From the NCBI GenBank assembly GCA_964490075.1, contig CAZBBK010000007.1, forward strand, positions 64,383 through 128,382: a DNA stretch of 64,000 nt, given 5' to 3'. Position 1 is the first letter of the stretch. Each line of letters begins with the position of its first letter. Source of the stretch: an uncultured Gemmatimonadota bacterium. Lineage in GTDB: Bacteria > GCA-2686955. The notes beneath the pieces are model-generated. The model was given only the letters and a program-made list of their open reading frames with translations, was not told the origin of the DNA and did no database searches. Position numbers and translations under genes: made by a program. Below, piece after piece: positions 55,111 to 63,940 of the stretch.

Positions 55111-55990
55111 TCGCCCGTCTCGCCGACGAGGCCGAAACGGCGCTTCCGCACCCGGCGCAGCTCGCGCAGCGCCAGCTCCAGATCCTCGTCGCGGAAGAGC
55201 GGCGAATCACGCCGCTCCCGGCACACGTTCGCCAGGTCGATCTCGACCTCCAGGAGCAGCTCCTCCAGCGGCGCCGCCTGGGCCGCCAGCCGTCCCGAGG
55301 GCAGCACCACCTGCGATCCACCGCCAAAGCCGATTCCGTCCTCGAAGCCGACCCGATTGGCGTACAGCACGTAGACGCCGTTGGCCTTGGCGTGGAACCG
55401 ATTGAGGACCTCCCAGGTCGCTCCGGCGTCGGGCTCGACACCCGGTCGCGCGTCCGATTCCCTGCCCCGCACCGGCCCCGCGCTCGGCACGATCAGGAGC
55501 TGGGCGCCGTCCTGCGCGGCGATCAGAGGCGGAATGGCGTGCCACATGTCCTCGCAGGTCAGCAGCGCGGCGCGGCCGAGGTCGGTGTCGAAGGCGCGAA
55601 CGCGATCGCCGGGGGCGAAGTAGCGTTGCTCTTCGAAGAGGCCGTAGGTGGGCAGGTAGATCTTTCGATGCCGGTGGCTCCATTCCCCCTGGCATAGATA
55701 GGCGGCGGTGTTGAAATAGCGGAAATCGGCGGAGCGCTCGACCAGCCCGACCACCACATCGATCCCCTCGCTGGCGTCGCGAAGCGGTTGCAGCCGCGAG
55801 TCGTCGAGACGCAACGCGACCTCGGGCACCAGGTCCTTCAGGAAGTAGCCGGTCAGCGAGAGCTCGGGGAAGACGCAGAGTCGCACGCCGCGTTCGCGCG
55901 CCTCGGCGATCACCTCCAGGTGGCGCTGGAGGTTGCGCTCAAGGTCGCCGAGCGTCGGATTGATCTGCGCCAGGCAGGCTTTGAAGCTCA
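55107..55990 (-). CDS. carbon-nitrogen hydrolase (nitrilase superfamily), probable glutaminase partner of NadE
   Basis: 'CVFPELSLTGY', 'AALLTCEDMW' (catalytic Cys), 'YANRVG'. GTG start about 55990. The stop overlaps the nadE ATG (ATGA). Confidence 0.7.
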
Positions 55991-55999
55991 CCGCGATCC

Positions 56000-58609
56000 T
56001 CAGCGGAGCAGCGCGAGGCGCTGGGTATGGATGCGGCCCGCAACCGAAAGTCGCGCCAGGTAGAGGCCGCTCGGCAGCGCACTGCCCCGGTCCGAAAGCC
56101 CGTCGAAGCGCACTCGGTGGAGGCCGGCTCGGCGCTCTCCCCGCACCAGGTTGCGGACCCGCTCGCCCTTGAGATTGTAGACGCTCAGGTCGACCGTGGC
56201 AGAGGCTTCGCCGATCACGAAGCCGAGAAGGGTCGAGGGGTTGAAGGGGTTGGGCGCCGGCGGATGGAGCGCCGCTCCGGTCCCGGGCGCCCCCCAGTCG
56301 AGAGAGAAGGGAGCGGAGCTCGTCCTCTGGTCCGCGGGGCCCAAGACCAGGCGGTACTCGTGGGCGCCGGCAGGCACCGCCGAGTCGAGCTGCGAGCCGC
56401 AGGGAGAGCCGTCGCCGGCGGCGACCTCGACCCAGTCCCGGGAGCGGACCCGGCGGCGCTGGAGGGTCCAGGAGCGGGAGTCGGAGTCCGCGCACCACTC
56501 GATCCGCGCCGACGAGGAGCCGTCGGCGGCGAAGGGCGGTACGCGATGGGCGGAGCGCTCCCGGAGCAAGGTCCCCACGTCCTCCTCGATCTTCCAGGTG
56601 GTGAGCCCGGTGAGTCGGCCCGTGGCGCGAATCCCGCGGTCCAAGAGCTCGACCTCGTCTCCGAACACGGCCACGGCTTCGAAACGCGCCAGCTCGGTGG
56701 GAATCAGCCCCTCGGTCACGTCGAGGTAGACGACCGCATCCTCCGGGTAGCCGTCGAGCAGCAGCGCGGCCAGATCGTCGCGCACCGATACCGCGGTCAC
56801 CGCGCCGGCGTCGGGGATCCAGGGCAGCTGTGGGCGCGGGAACTGGGGAGTGCTCACATCGATCGGCACCATCCCCTGGCTGCCAGCCGCCAGGAAGGCT
56901 CGGCCACCGCCGGCCGCCACGTCGTGGACCGCTTCGTAGCCACGCAGGAGACCGACCGCGACCGGCGTCATGCGCTCGCTCGCGTCCACCACGATCATGC
57001 CGCCGTTCGCGGCTTCCGTGCCGGGCAGGGTCACGAAGACGAGGTCCCCTCCGGCCGCCAGCTCGCCGGTTCTTTCGCCGAGGGGCAGCACGTCGTCGGA
57101 CTTGACCGGCACCGTCGGCAAAGACGCGTTGACGACCTCGATGCGCGCGCTTTCGTGGGAGAGCAGATAGGCGTACGTCTCCAGGAGTGCGACTCGATTC
57201 CAGGCGCGGTAGCTCCGCAATGTGGAGAGCAGATGCGGGTTGGAAGGTACCGCCGCCTCGACCAGGCTCAACCCGTCGCCCCCCATGGCCGCGAAGATCA
57301 CCCCGTCGCGCACCGCCAGGTCGCGCACCGGGCCGGAGGTCGGGAAGGTGAGCAAGGGCTGAGGGTCGTAGGGCGTGAAGGCGGTCGACAGGATCTCGAT
57401 CCCCTCGATCCCACCCCCCACGGCGATCGCATCGATCAAGTCCCCGCCGTAGATCGTACGCCCGCCGGTGTAGGCCGACTTGATGATTTGCGGCTGCCTT
57501 GGGTCGAGCGTGCGGACCACCTCGACGCGCCCCGCACCGCCTCCGACGACCACTCGCTGGTCATCACGCAGCAGTAGCGATGCCGGCTCGATCTCGCTCT
57601 CCACCGCTCCCAGCTCGAAGGGGCTGACCTCCGAGCTCACCGAGATGACGCGCAATCCGAGCACCTGGTCGGCCAGGTAGGCCACGGAGTCGGCGACGAC
57701 GATCGCGGTGGCACGACCGCCGGCGTGCAGGCCGCCGGTGCGGTACATGAGCGGTGGATCGGAGATATCGACGATCTGCATCGCCGTCGGTCCCGTCGCC
57801 ACATAGGCGAAATCCCCCGCCACGTCGACGCTGTGGGTCGGCCCCAACCCTCCGAGCGAGCCGAGCACGACGAGGGAATCGGGCCGTGTGTTGTCGACCA
57901 CCCAGAGCCGGTTCTTGGTCGCGAGCAGAGTCCGGTCGCCGTTCACCTCGGCATCGCGGAAGAACTCCTCGGGCTCGGTCAGGGTGCCGAGCACGACCGG
58001 GGCTTCGGGGATCTGGTAGTCGATGATCTGGTAGCCGGAATCGGCCGCGGTCACATGGGCGAGCGCACCCACGAGGTCGACCGAGCGCACCGAGGCTCCC
58101 AGATCGAGGGTCGAGAGCTCGAGTGGCGAGTCGGGATCGCTGGTGTCGAAGGCGACCAGCCCCGCTTCGTCGCCCGCCATCAGCAGCAGATCGCCGGAGG
58201 TCGCCAGGCCACGAACCACGCCGGCTGTGGTGACCGTCGCCGTCGGGGCGAGCGATCCCTCGACGTAGATCTGGATGGTCGCGCCGGCGCCGACGTAAAT
58301 CCGCTCCGCAGACGCGGCCAGCGCGAGCGAGGGCCCGCCCAGGGCCCGCCCTCCGAGCCTCAGCTCGTCACCGGCCGCGGTCCGTCCGGTCGCGGCCAGG
58401 GCTATGATGATCGCCGGCCAAGCGTGGAGACACGCCACCAGTTCGGTCCTCCTGCCGGCCCGCGAGGGACCGCGTGATCGTTCCGCTCCCGGCTGCCGGG
58501 AGGCATCGGATCGAGTCGGCCGACCGATCCGCGACGCAGAGGAACGCTTCATCCAAGAGTAACTCTTCGCCTTGCTCGTTCCATCGTCGAGACGCCGCGC
58601 GATCTTCAC
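56000..58609 (-). CDS. LVIVD-repeat beta-propeller protein with type IX secretion C-terminal sorting domain
   Basis: Many 'A..GL.IVD.S.P' repeats. C-terminus 'NPFNPSTLLGFVI...VDLSVYNLKGERVRNLV...GLHRVRFDGLSD...LPSGLYLARL' is the TIGR04183/Por_Secre_tail pattern. True start probably downstream of 58609. Confidence 0.7.
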   Translation of the reverse strand: MKIARRLDDGTSKAKSYSWMKRSSASRIGRPTRSDASRQPGAERSRGPSRAGRRTELVACLHAWPAIIIALAATGRTAAGDELRLGGRALGGPSLALAASAERIYVGAGATIQIYVEGSLAPTATVTTAGVVRGLATSGDLLLMAGDEAGLVAFDTSDPDSPLELSTLDLGASVRSVDLVGALAHVTAADSGYQIIDYQIPEAPVVLGTLTEPEEFFRDAEVNGDRTLLATKNRLWVVDNTRPDSLVVLGSLGGLGPTHSVDVAGDFAYVATGPTAMQIVDISDPPLMYRTGGLHAGGRATAIVVADSVAYLADQVLGLRVISVSSEVSPFELGAVESEIEPASLLLRDDQRVVVGGGAGRVEVVRTLDPRQPQIIKSAYTGGRTIYGGDLIDAIAVGGGIEGIEILSTAFTPYDPQPLLTFPTSGPVRDLAVRDGVIFAAMGGDGLSLVEAAVPSNPHLLSTLRSYRAWNRVALLETYAYLLSHESARIEVVNASLPTVPVKSDDVLPLGERTGELAAGGDLVFVTLPGTEAANGGMIVVDASERMTPVAVGLLRGYEAVHDVAAGGGRAFLAAGSQGMVPIDVSTPQFPRPQLPWIPDAGAVTAVSVRDDLAALLLDGYPEDAVVYLDVTEGLIPTELARFEAVAVFGDEVELLDRGIRATGRLTGLTTWKIEEDVGTLLRERSAHRVPPFAADGSSSARIEWCADSDSRSWTLQRRRVRSRDWVEVAAGDGSPCGSQLDSAVPAGAHEYRLVLGPADQRTSSAPFSLDWGAPGTGAALHPPAPNPFNPSTLLGFVIGEASATVDLSVYNLKGERVRNLVRGERRAGLHRVRFDGLSDRGSALPSGLYLARLSVAGRIHTQRLALLR

Positions 58610-58635
58610 GATACAGGTCCCGAGCGAGGCGTGCG

Positions 58636-59301
58636 TCAGCGTCGCGGCGCCGGCTCGAAGCGCTCGACCGCCCAGCCCAGGCGGAGGGCGATCGCCTCCA
58701 GCTCCGGCCGCGGATTGACGGCCACGGGATGGCCCACCGCCGAGAGCAGTGCGACGTCGCTCGAGTCATCCGCGTAGGCCCACGCCCGGGCGCGCTCGAT
58801 GCAGTGCTCGCGGAGCAGCATCTCGACGATCTCGCGCTTGCCCGGGCCATAAGGGTGGACCCCTTCGAGCTCGCCGGTGAGTCGTCCGCCGACGGTGCGC
58901 AGCCGCGATGGGATCCACAGGTCGGCGCCGAAGGCCTCGGCGAAGGGAGCCAAGAGCAGATCGAGAGTGCCGGACAGGAGCACGACCAGATCACCGGCCT
59001 GTTTGTGATCTCTAACTATCGACCACGCCTGCGGATAGATGCGCCTTTTCAAGTGCTCCTCGAAACAGGCCCGCGCCTCCTCCTCGAGTCTCTCCCGGCT
59101 CCAGCCGCGCCACATATGCTTGTTGGCCTTGGTGACCGCGATCGGTCCGCGCGGCGCCAGGACCAGCGCGCCCGCGATCGCGCGGGGAATGCTGGAGAGC
59201 GGCAACGCCCCCTTTTTCAACAGGTAGCGGAAGAAAGCCCGCTCCGACGAGGGCGGCGCCAGCAGCGTACGATCGAGGTCGAAGATGGCGGCGCCGCTCA
59301 T
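58636..59301 (-). CDS. HAD-IB family hydrolase (SerB-like phosphatase)
   Basis: 'AAIFDLDRTLL' motif I, 'DLVVLLSGT', 'AYADDSSD'. ATGA overlap with the upstream gene. Confidence 0.65.
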   Translation of the reverse strand: MSGAAIFDLDRTLLAPPSSERAFFRYLLKKGALPLSSIPRAIAGALVLAPRGPIAVTKANKHMWRGWSRERLEEEARACFEEHLKRRIYPQAWSIVRDHKQAGDLVVLLSGTLDLLLAPFAEAFGADLWIPSRLRTVGGRLTGELEGVHPYGPGKREIVEMLLREHCIERARAWAYADDSSDVALLSAVGHPVAVNPRPELEAIALRLGWAVERFEPAPRR

Positions 59302-60302
59302 GCGCGAGGGTGTTCGGGATCGGGGTCCGTGCTCCGGGATCGCTCCGGAACGAGATCGGCCATGGTCCGAAAACGCAGTCGGCCTTGATCGGCGCGCGTT
59401 CTGGCGTGGGCCAGGATGACGTCGAGCGCCTCCAGGACGATTTCCGTGTTCTCGAGCAGATTCCAGGGGTGAAACCAGAGGTGGAAGGTCTCGGCGCGGC
59501 GGATGGCTCGCTCGATTCCGCGGATCGCCTTGCGGGCACGAGTCGCCGCGGGAATGAGGCGCCGGAAGCCCTCGGCCCGCAGCAAGAGCATCGACCCGGG
59601 CAGCGTCCAGAGTCCCGGCACGACCTGTTCCACACGCACCGCCGGCGGCGCGATCGGCAGAAGGACATCGAGGATTCGCAGGCACTTGGTGATCGGCTCG
59701 GGCACCGGCGCCCGCTCGACCCAGCTCCGGTCGAGCTCCCGGTAGATGCGGAAACCGCATTGCCGCAAAGAGGCGAGGTGCCCGACGGAGTTGCGCGGGA
59801 AGACGAAAGACGCGGGCGAAACGCCGGTGGCAGCGCGCACCGCGGCGGCGGCGGCCCTCATCTCCGCCGTAGCGGTTTCGGCGTCGCAGCCGGAGTCCCC
59901 GATGATGACGTGGCTGAAGCCGTGGCAGCCGATGTCATGGGCTGCCGAAGCGGCGCGGATCTGCTCGACCAGCCGCGGCTGGTACCAGGCCGGGTGATGC
60001 TCTGGCGGGCCGCAGGGATCGTGCCGGTACCAGTCCGCCGCGCCGAGCCAGCGGTGGCGAGGTCGCGGCATCTCGGGATGGGGCCGGCCGTCGGCCCCGC
60101 GCCGGCAGCCATCCAGCAGTAGGTGGCCGACCAGCGCCCAGGTGGCCGGCACGGCGTGGCGATCGAAGAGCTCGAGCAGGGCGGAGATGATCGAGGGGAC
60201 GCGATGGAAATCGACGGCCGCGGGATCGATGCGATCGTGGATGCCCCAGGCGAGCTCGACATCGAGCGAGATGACCATGGTGGCGGGCTGATGCGTGGGC
60301 AT
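59298..60302 (-). CDS. polysaccharide deacetylase (CE4/NodB-homology)
   Basis: 'MVISLDVELAWG', 'HGFSH', 'FVFPRN' motifs. Confidence 0.65.
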   Translation of the reverse strand: MPTHQPATMVISLDVELAWGIHDRIDPAAVDFHRVPSIISALLELFDRHAVPATWALVGHLLLDGCRRGADGRPHPEMPRPRHRWLGAADWYRHDPCGPPEHHPAWYQPRLVEQIRAASAAHDIGCHGFSHVIIGDSGCDAETATAEMRAAAAAVRAATGVSPASFVFPRNSVGHLASLRQCGFRIYRELDRSWVERAPVPEPITKCLRILDVLLPIAPPAVRVEQVVPGLWTLPGSMLLLRAEGFRRLIPAATRARKAIRGIERAIRRAETFHLWFHPWNLLENTEIVLEALDVILAHARTRADQGRLRFRTMADLVPERSRSTDPDPEHPRA

Positions 60303-60320
60303 CCGTGCTCTCGGCGGCGC

Positions 60321-61313
60321 TCAGTTCTCGTAGCCTCGCGGGTGGCTGCGGTGCCAGTCCCAGGCGGAGCGCAGGATAGTGTCGAGGTCGGAATGCCGCG
60401 GGCTCCATCCCAGCTGGTTCCGGGCAAGATCGGCCGCCGCCACCAGCTCGGGTGGATCGCCGGGGCGGCGCGGTCCGATTTCGGCGACGATGCGCGCGCC
60501 GGTGATCCGCCGTGCCGCCTCGATCACCTCCATGACCGAGTAGCCCTTGCCGATGCCGAGGTTGTAGGCCTGCTTGCCCGGCCCCTGCCCCGCGAGCAGG
60601 GCGTCCATCGCCAGGCGGTGGGCCGAGGCGAGGTCGAGGATGTGGATGTAGTCGCGGATGCAGGTTCCATCGGGGGTGGCGTAGTCGTCGCCGTGGATGA
60701 AGAGCTTGGGGCGCACCCCGAGCGCGGTCTGCAGCACGATCGGGATCAGGTGGGTCTCCGGCGAATGGTCCTCGCCGAGCTCGCCATCGGCGCCGCAGGC
60801 ATTGAAGTAGCGCAGCGCCACCGCGCGCAGATCCCAGCCCTCGGCCGCCTTCCAGAGCTCCTGCTCGAAGAGCAGCTTCGATTCGCCGTAGGGGTTGGTC
60901 GGCCGTTGCGGCAGCCCCTCGTGGATCGGCATCTCGGCCGGTTCGCCGTAGGTGGCGCAGGTCGACGAGAAGAGAAAAGCCCGCACTCCATGGTCGCGAC
61001 AGGCCTCGAGCAGCCCTTTCCCCTTCTCGACGTTGTTCTCGAGGTAGAGGTCGGGCCGTTCGACCGACTCCCCCACCAGCGCGTAGGCGGCGAAGTGCAT
61101 GACGGCGTCGATCGGCCGCGGCGCCAGAGCCCGGTCGAGCGCATCCCGATCCCCCAGGTCCCCCAGAACGAAGTCGGCCCGCGGGTGGAGCGCCGCGCGA
61201 TGGCCTCGCTCCAAGTTGTCGAGAATGACCACGTCGTGGCCGTGGTCGATCAGGTGCTTGACGCAGATGCTGCCGATGTACCCCGCGCCGCCGGTGACCA
61301 GAATGGTGGGCAT
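60321..61313 (-). CDS. galE: UDP-glucose 4-epimerase
   Basis: 'ILVTGGAGYIGS', 'YGESK' (YxxxK), 'DGTCIRDYIH'. Start MPTIL at 61313. Confidence 0.85.
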   Translation of the reverse strand: MPTILVTGGAGYIGSICVKHLIDHGHDVVILDNLERGHRAALHPRADFVLGDLGDRDALDRALAPRPIDAVMHFAAYALVGESVERPDLYLENNVEKGKGLLEACRDHGVRAFLFSSTCATYGEPAEMPIHEGLPQRPTNPYGESKLLFEQELWKAAEGWDLRAVALRYFNACGADGELGEDHSPETHLIPIVLQTALGVRPKLFIHGDDYATPDGTCIRDYIHILDLASAHRLAMDALLAGQGPGKQAYNLGIGKGYSVMEVIEAARRITGARIVAEIGPRRPGDPPELVAAADLARNQLGWSPRHSDLDTILRSAWDWHRSHPRGYEN

Positions 61314-61838
61314 CCGATTCCCCGTGGGAGGTGATTCCTGAAGAGGCCCGCGCGACTCCGGAAGGCCCGGATTCGGCGCGGACACGAGCGAGGAAGGTAG
61401 CAGAATCCGCGGGCGGGCGGGACGTCGACGAACCCCCTCCCGCGGTCCCTTCTCGGTCGCGCGAAGACCCTATGAAGCGCCGACTTCGGAGCCCTCTCCA
61501 CAACCGCTTCCCCATCTTTCTCCCCAGGTTATCCACAGCCTTGGCGTGTCAAGCATTCTTTTTGAATTTCTCTCAACGCATTGAAAGAGAACACGTTGCG
61601 GGAGAAATCAGGAGCAAATCGGGAGCCGGGGGCGCGGCGGCCGAGCACGCTGTGGACAATCGAAGCCAGGACCGGGCCGAGAGAGGGGACCTGCTCTCGT
61701 TTAACACGCCGAAAATGCCCAGAAAGCGGGCACAAACGGGTGGCGACGCCGGAGGCTTCGGTCTATACTGAGGAGCAACGTGGATCGGGGGGGCTCGCCA
61801 CGGCTCGCAGAACTGCATCCAGTCACGCGGGGGACCTG

Positions 61839-62033
61839 ATGAAACGCCGGGTGCTCTCAGGGTCGAGAAACGACTGCGGAGCGGGATACGTCGAGTATGT
61901 GCTGATCGTGTCGCTGGTCGCCATCGCCCTTCTGGCGGCGACCAAGGCCTATCAGGAGAAGATCGAGCTGATCTTCTCTCGTGCCGCGGTCGAGATCGAC
62001 GAGAACTTCCCCGGCATCGCCGACGGCAACTGA
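61839..62033 (+). CDS. flp: Flp/Fap-family type IVb (Tad) pilin precursor
   Basis: 64 aa; 'GAGYVEYVLIVSLVAIALLAA' is the class III G/XXXXEY prepilin motif plus hydrophobic helix. ATG at 61839 verified. Confidence 0.6.
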   Translation: MKRRVLSGSRNDCGAGYVEYVLIVSLVAIALLAATKAYQEKIELIFSRAAVEIDENFPGIADGN

Positions 62034-62041
62034 TCGATCCA

Positions 62042-63346
62042 TCAGTCCACGCGCTCGACCACCAGCGGCGCGGATTCCGGAGCTTCGTCGGTGATCGTGA
62101 AGGCGGCGCGGGCCTCGTCCAGCGCGGCATCGCCGGCCGCTCGATCCCGCGCGTGAATCTCCAGCAGAGGGTCGCCGCGCGCCACGCGCTCCCCCGGCGA
62201 AACGTGCAGCAGCAGGCCGACGCCGGGGTCGATCTCTTGCTCGATCGAACGCCGGCCGGCGCCCAGATCCACGGCCAGCTCTCCCAGCATGCGGGAATCG
62301 ATGCGCCGCAGGTGGCCGCCCTCGAGCGCCGGAACCGGCAGCACGACACCAGCGGCGGGCAAGAGGGAGCGATCGTCGACGACCCGCGGGTCGCCGCCCT
62401 GCGCCTCGACGAAGCGCGCGAAGACCTCGAGCGCGGCGCCGGAGTCGAGGGCCCTTTCGATCGCCCGGGCTCCCGCGCCGGCGGCGGGCGCGGCGCCGGC
62501 CAGCACCAGCATTTCGGCGCCGAGTGCGGTCACCAGCTCGCGCAGGTCGGCGGGGCCCTCGCCGCGCAACAGGTCGATCGCCTCGCCGACCTCGAGTGCG
62601 TTGCCGATCGTCCGGCCCAGCGGGGCATCCATCGCGGTGATCAGAGCGCATGCGCTGCGCCCGTTGGCGCGCGTCACCTCGACCAGCGCGCCCGCGAGCT
62701 CACGGGCGTCGCCCAGAGTCTCCATGAAGGCACCCCGGCCCACCTTCACGTCGTAGACCAAGGCCGCGGGTCCGGCCGCGAGCTTCTTGCCGACGATCGA
62801 GCCGACGATCAGGGGCAGCGAGTCGATGGTCGCGGTCACATCGCGCAGCGCGTAGAGAACGCGGTCGGCCGGGGCCAAATCCTCGCTCTGGCCGACGATC
62901 GCGCATCCGGTCTGGGCGACCACCGAGATGAACTGCTGGACCGAAAGATCGGAGCAGTAGCCGGGGATCGACTCCAGCTTGTCGAGGGTGCCGCCGGTAT
63001 GGCCGAGACCGCGCCCGGAGAGCATCGGCACCGGCACGCCGCAGGCGGCGACCGCGGGCGCGAGGGCCAGGGAGGTCTTGTCGCCCACTCCGCCGGTGGA
63101 GTGCTTGTCGGCGCTGATCGGGCCGATGGGTGATAGATCGAGAGTGCGCCCGGAATCGCGGATGGCGCGGGTGTAGGCGGCCATCTCGCCGGCGCTCATG
63201 CCGCGGAAGTAGATCGCCATCAGAAGAGCCGCGACCTGGTAATCGGGAATCTCGCCGCGGGCGACGGCGCCCACCCAGGCCTGCAGCTCGTGCGGCTCGA
63301 TCGGCTCTCCGCGCTTCTTGCACTCGATCATCTGCACACTGTTCAT
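62042..63346 (-). CDS. deoA: thymidine/pyrimidine-nucleoside phosphorylase
   Basis: 'IECKKRGEPI', 'DKHSTGGVGDKTSL', 'GRGLGHTGGTLDKLESIPG'. Confidence 0.85.
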   Translation of the reverse strand: MNSVQMIECKKRGEPIEPHELQAWVGAVARGEIPDYQVAALLMAIYFRGMSAGEMAAYTRAIRDSGRTLDLSPIGPISADKHSTGGVGDKTSLALAPAVAACGVPVPMLSGRGLGHTGGTLDKLESIPGYCSDLSVQQFISVVAQTGCAIVGQSEDLAPADRVLYALRDVTATIDSLPLIVGSIVGKKLAAGPAALVYDVKVGRGAFMETLGDARELAGALVEVTRANGRSACALITAMDAPLGRTIGNALEVGEAIDLLRGEGPADLRELVTALGAEMLVLAGAAPAAGAGARAIERALDSGAALEVFARFVEAQGGDPRVVDDRSLLPAAGVVLPVPALEGGHLRRIDSRMLGELAVDLGAGRRSIEQEIDPGVGLLLHVSPGERVARGDPLLEIHARDRAAGDAALDEARAAFTITDEAPESAPLVVERVD

Positions 63347-63779
63347 GCGCACCTCAAAAGGAGAAGGTCCAGCCGACCGCGAGTCCGCCAGCGGCCGGCG
63401 TCGCGCAGCGCAGCTTCATTCGGCTCGCCTCGGAGCGGTCGCCGTAGAGGTGCAGCAGGAGCGCCGAAGAGGCCAGGGCCGCCAGTCCGGAGGCCGCCGC
63501 CAGGTTGCGCGAGCGGTTGCCGAACTCCCACTCCTCCACGGCCTGCTGGTGCAGCGACCGGCGATCGCCGAACTCCCGCGAGGGGTCGTGCGAGCGGGCG
63601 TCGAGCAGCCGCGCCGATTGCCAGTGATCCAGCGCAGCGCGAAGAAAGAGCGCCGAGGCGGCGCCGGTGGTCCCGGCGATGACCCAGGCGCCGAGCCGCC
63701 TGCGAGCGGTCCGGTCGATGCCGTCGACGCCCTCGGCACCCTCGGGTGGAGCGGCCCGGGCCGCGGGGGTGCCGCGGGC

Positions 63780-63910
63780 GCGGGGGAGGGGCCGCCGTGC
63801 GGCGGGCCCCCCCGGCCGCCCCCGCCCCCCGGGGGGGGCGCGGCCGGGGCGGGGGGGGCGCGGCGGCGGGGGGCGGGGGGCGGGGGGGGGGCGGCCCCCG
63901 GCGGCCGCCG
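63780..63910. repeat. G-rich low-complexity tract (runs of 6-9 G separated by CG/C)
   Basis: Seen in the sequence: 'ggggggggcgcggccggggcggggggggcgcggcggcggggggcggggggcgggggggggcggccccc'. Would read as poly-Pro/Ala/Gly on the minus strand. Confidence 0.6.
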
Positions 63911-63940
63911 CCGCCGGCAGCGCGCGCTCAAGCCGCTGAG

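Noticed and set aside
63354-63539. 61-aa minus-strand ORF ending in 'GWTFSF', like an outer membrane protein beta-barrel C-terminal signature.
   Set aside because: Too short, with no upstream in-frame continuation. It is probably the stranded C-terminus of a gene disrupted by the adjacent G-rich tract, so it is not called as a feature.
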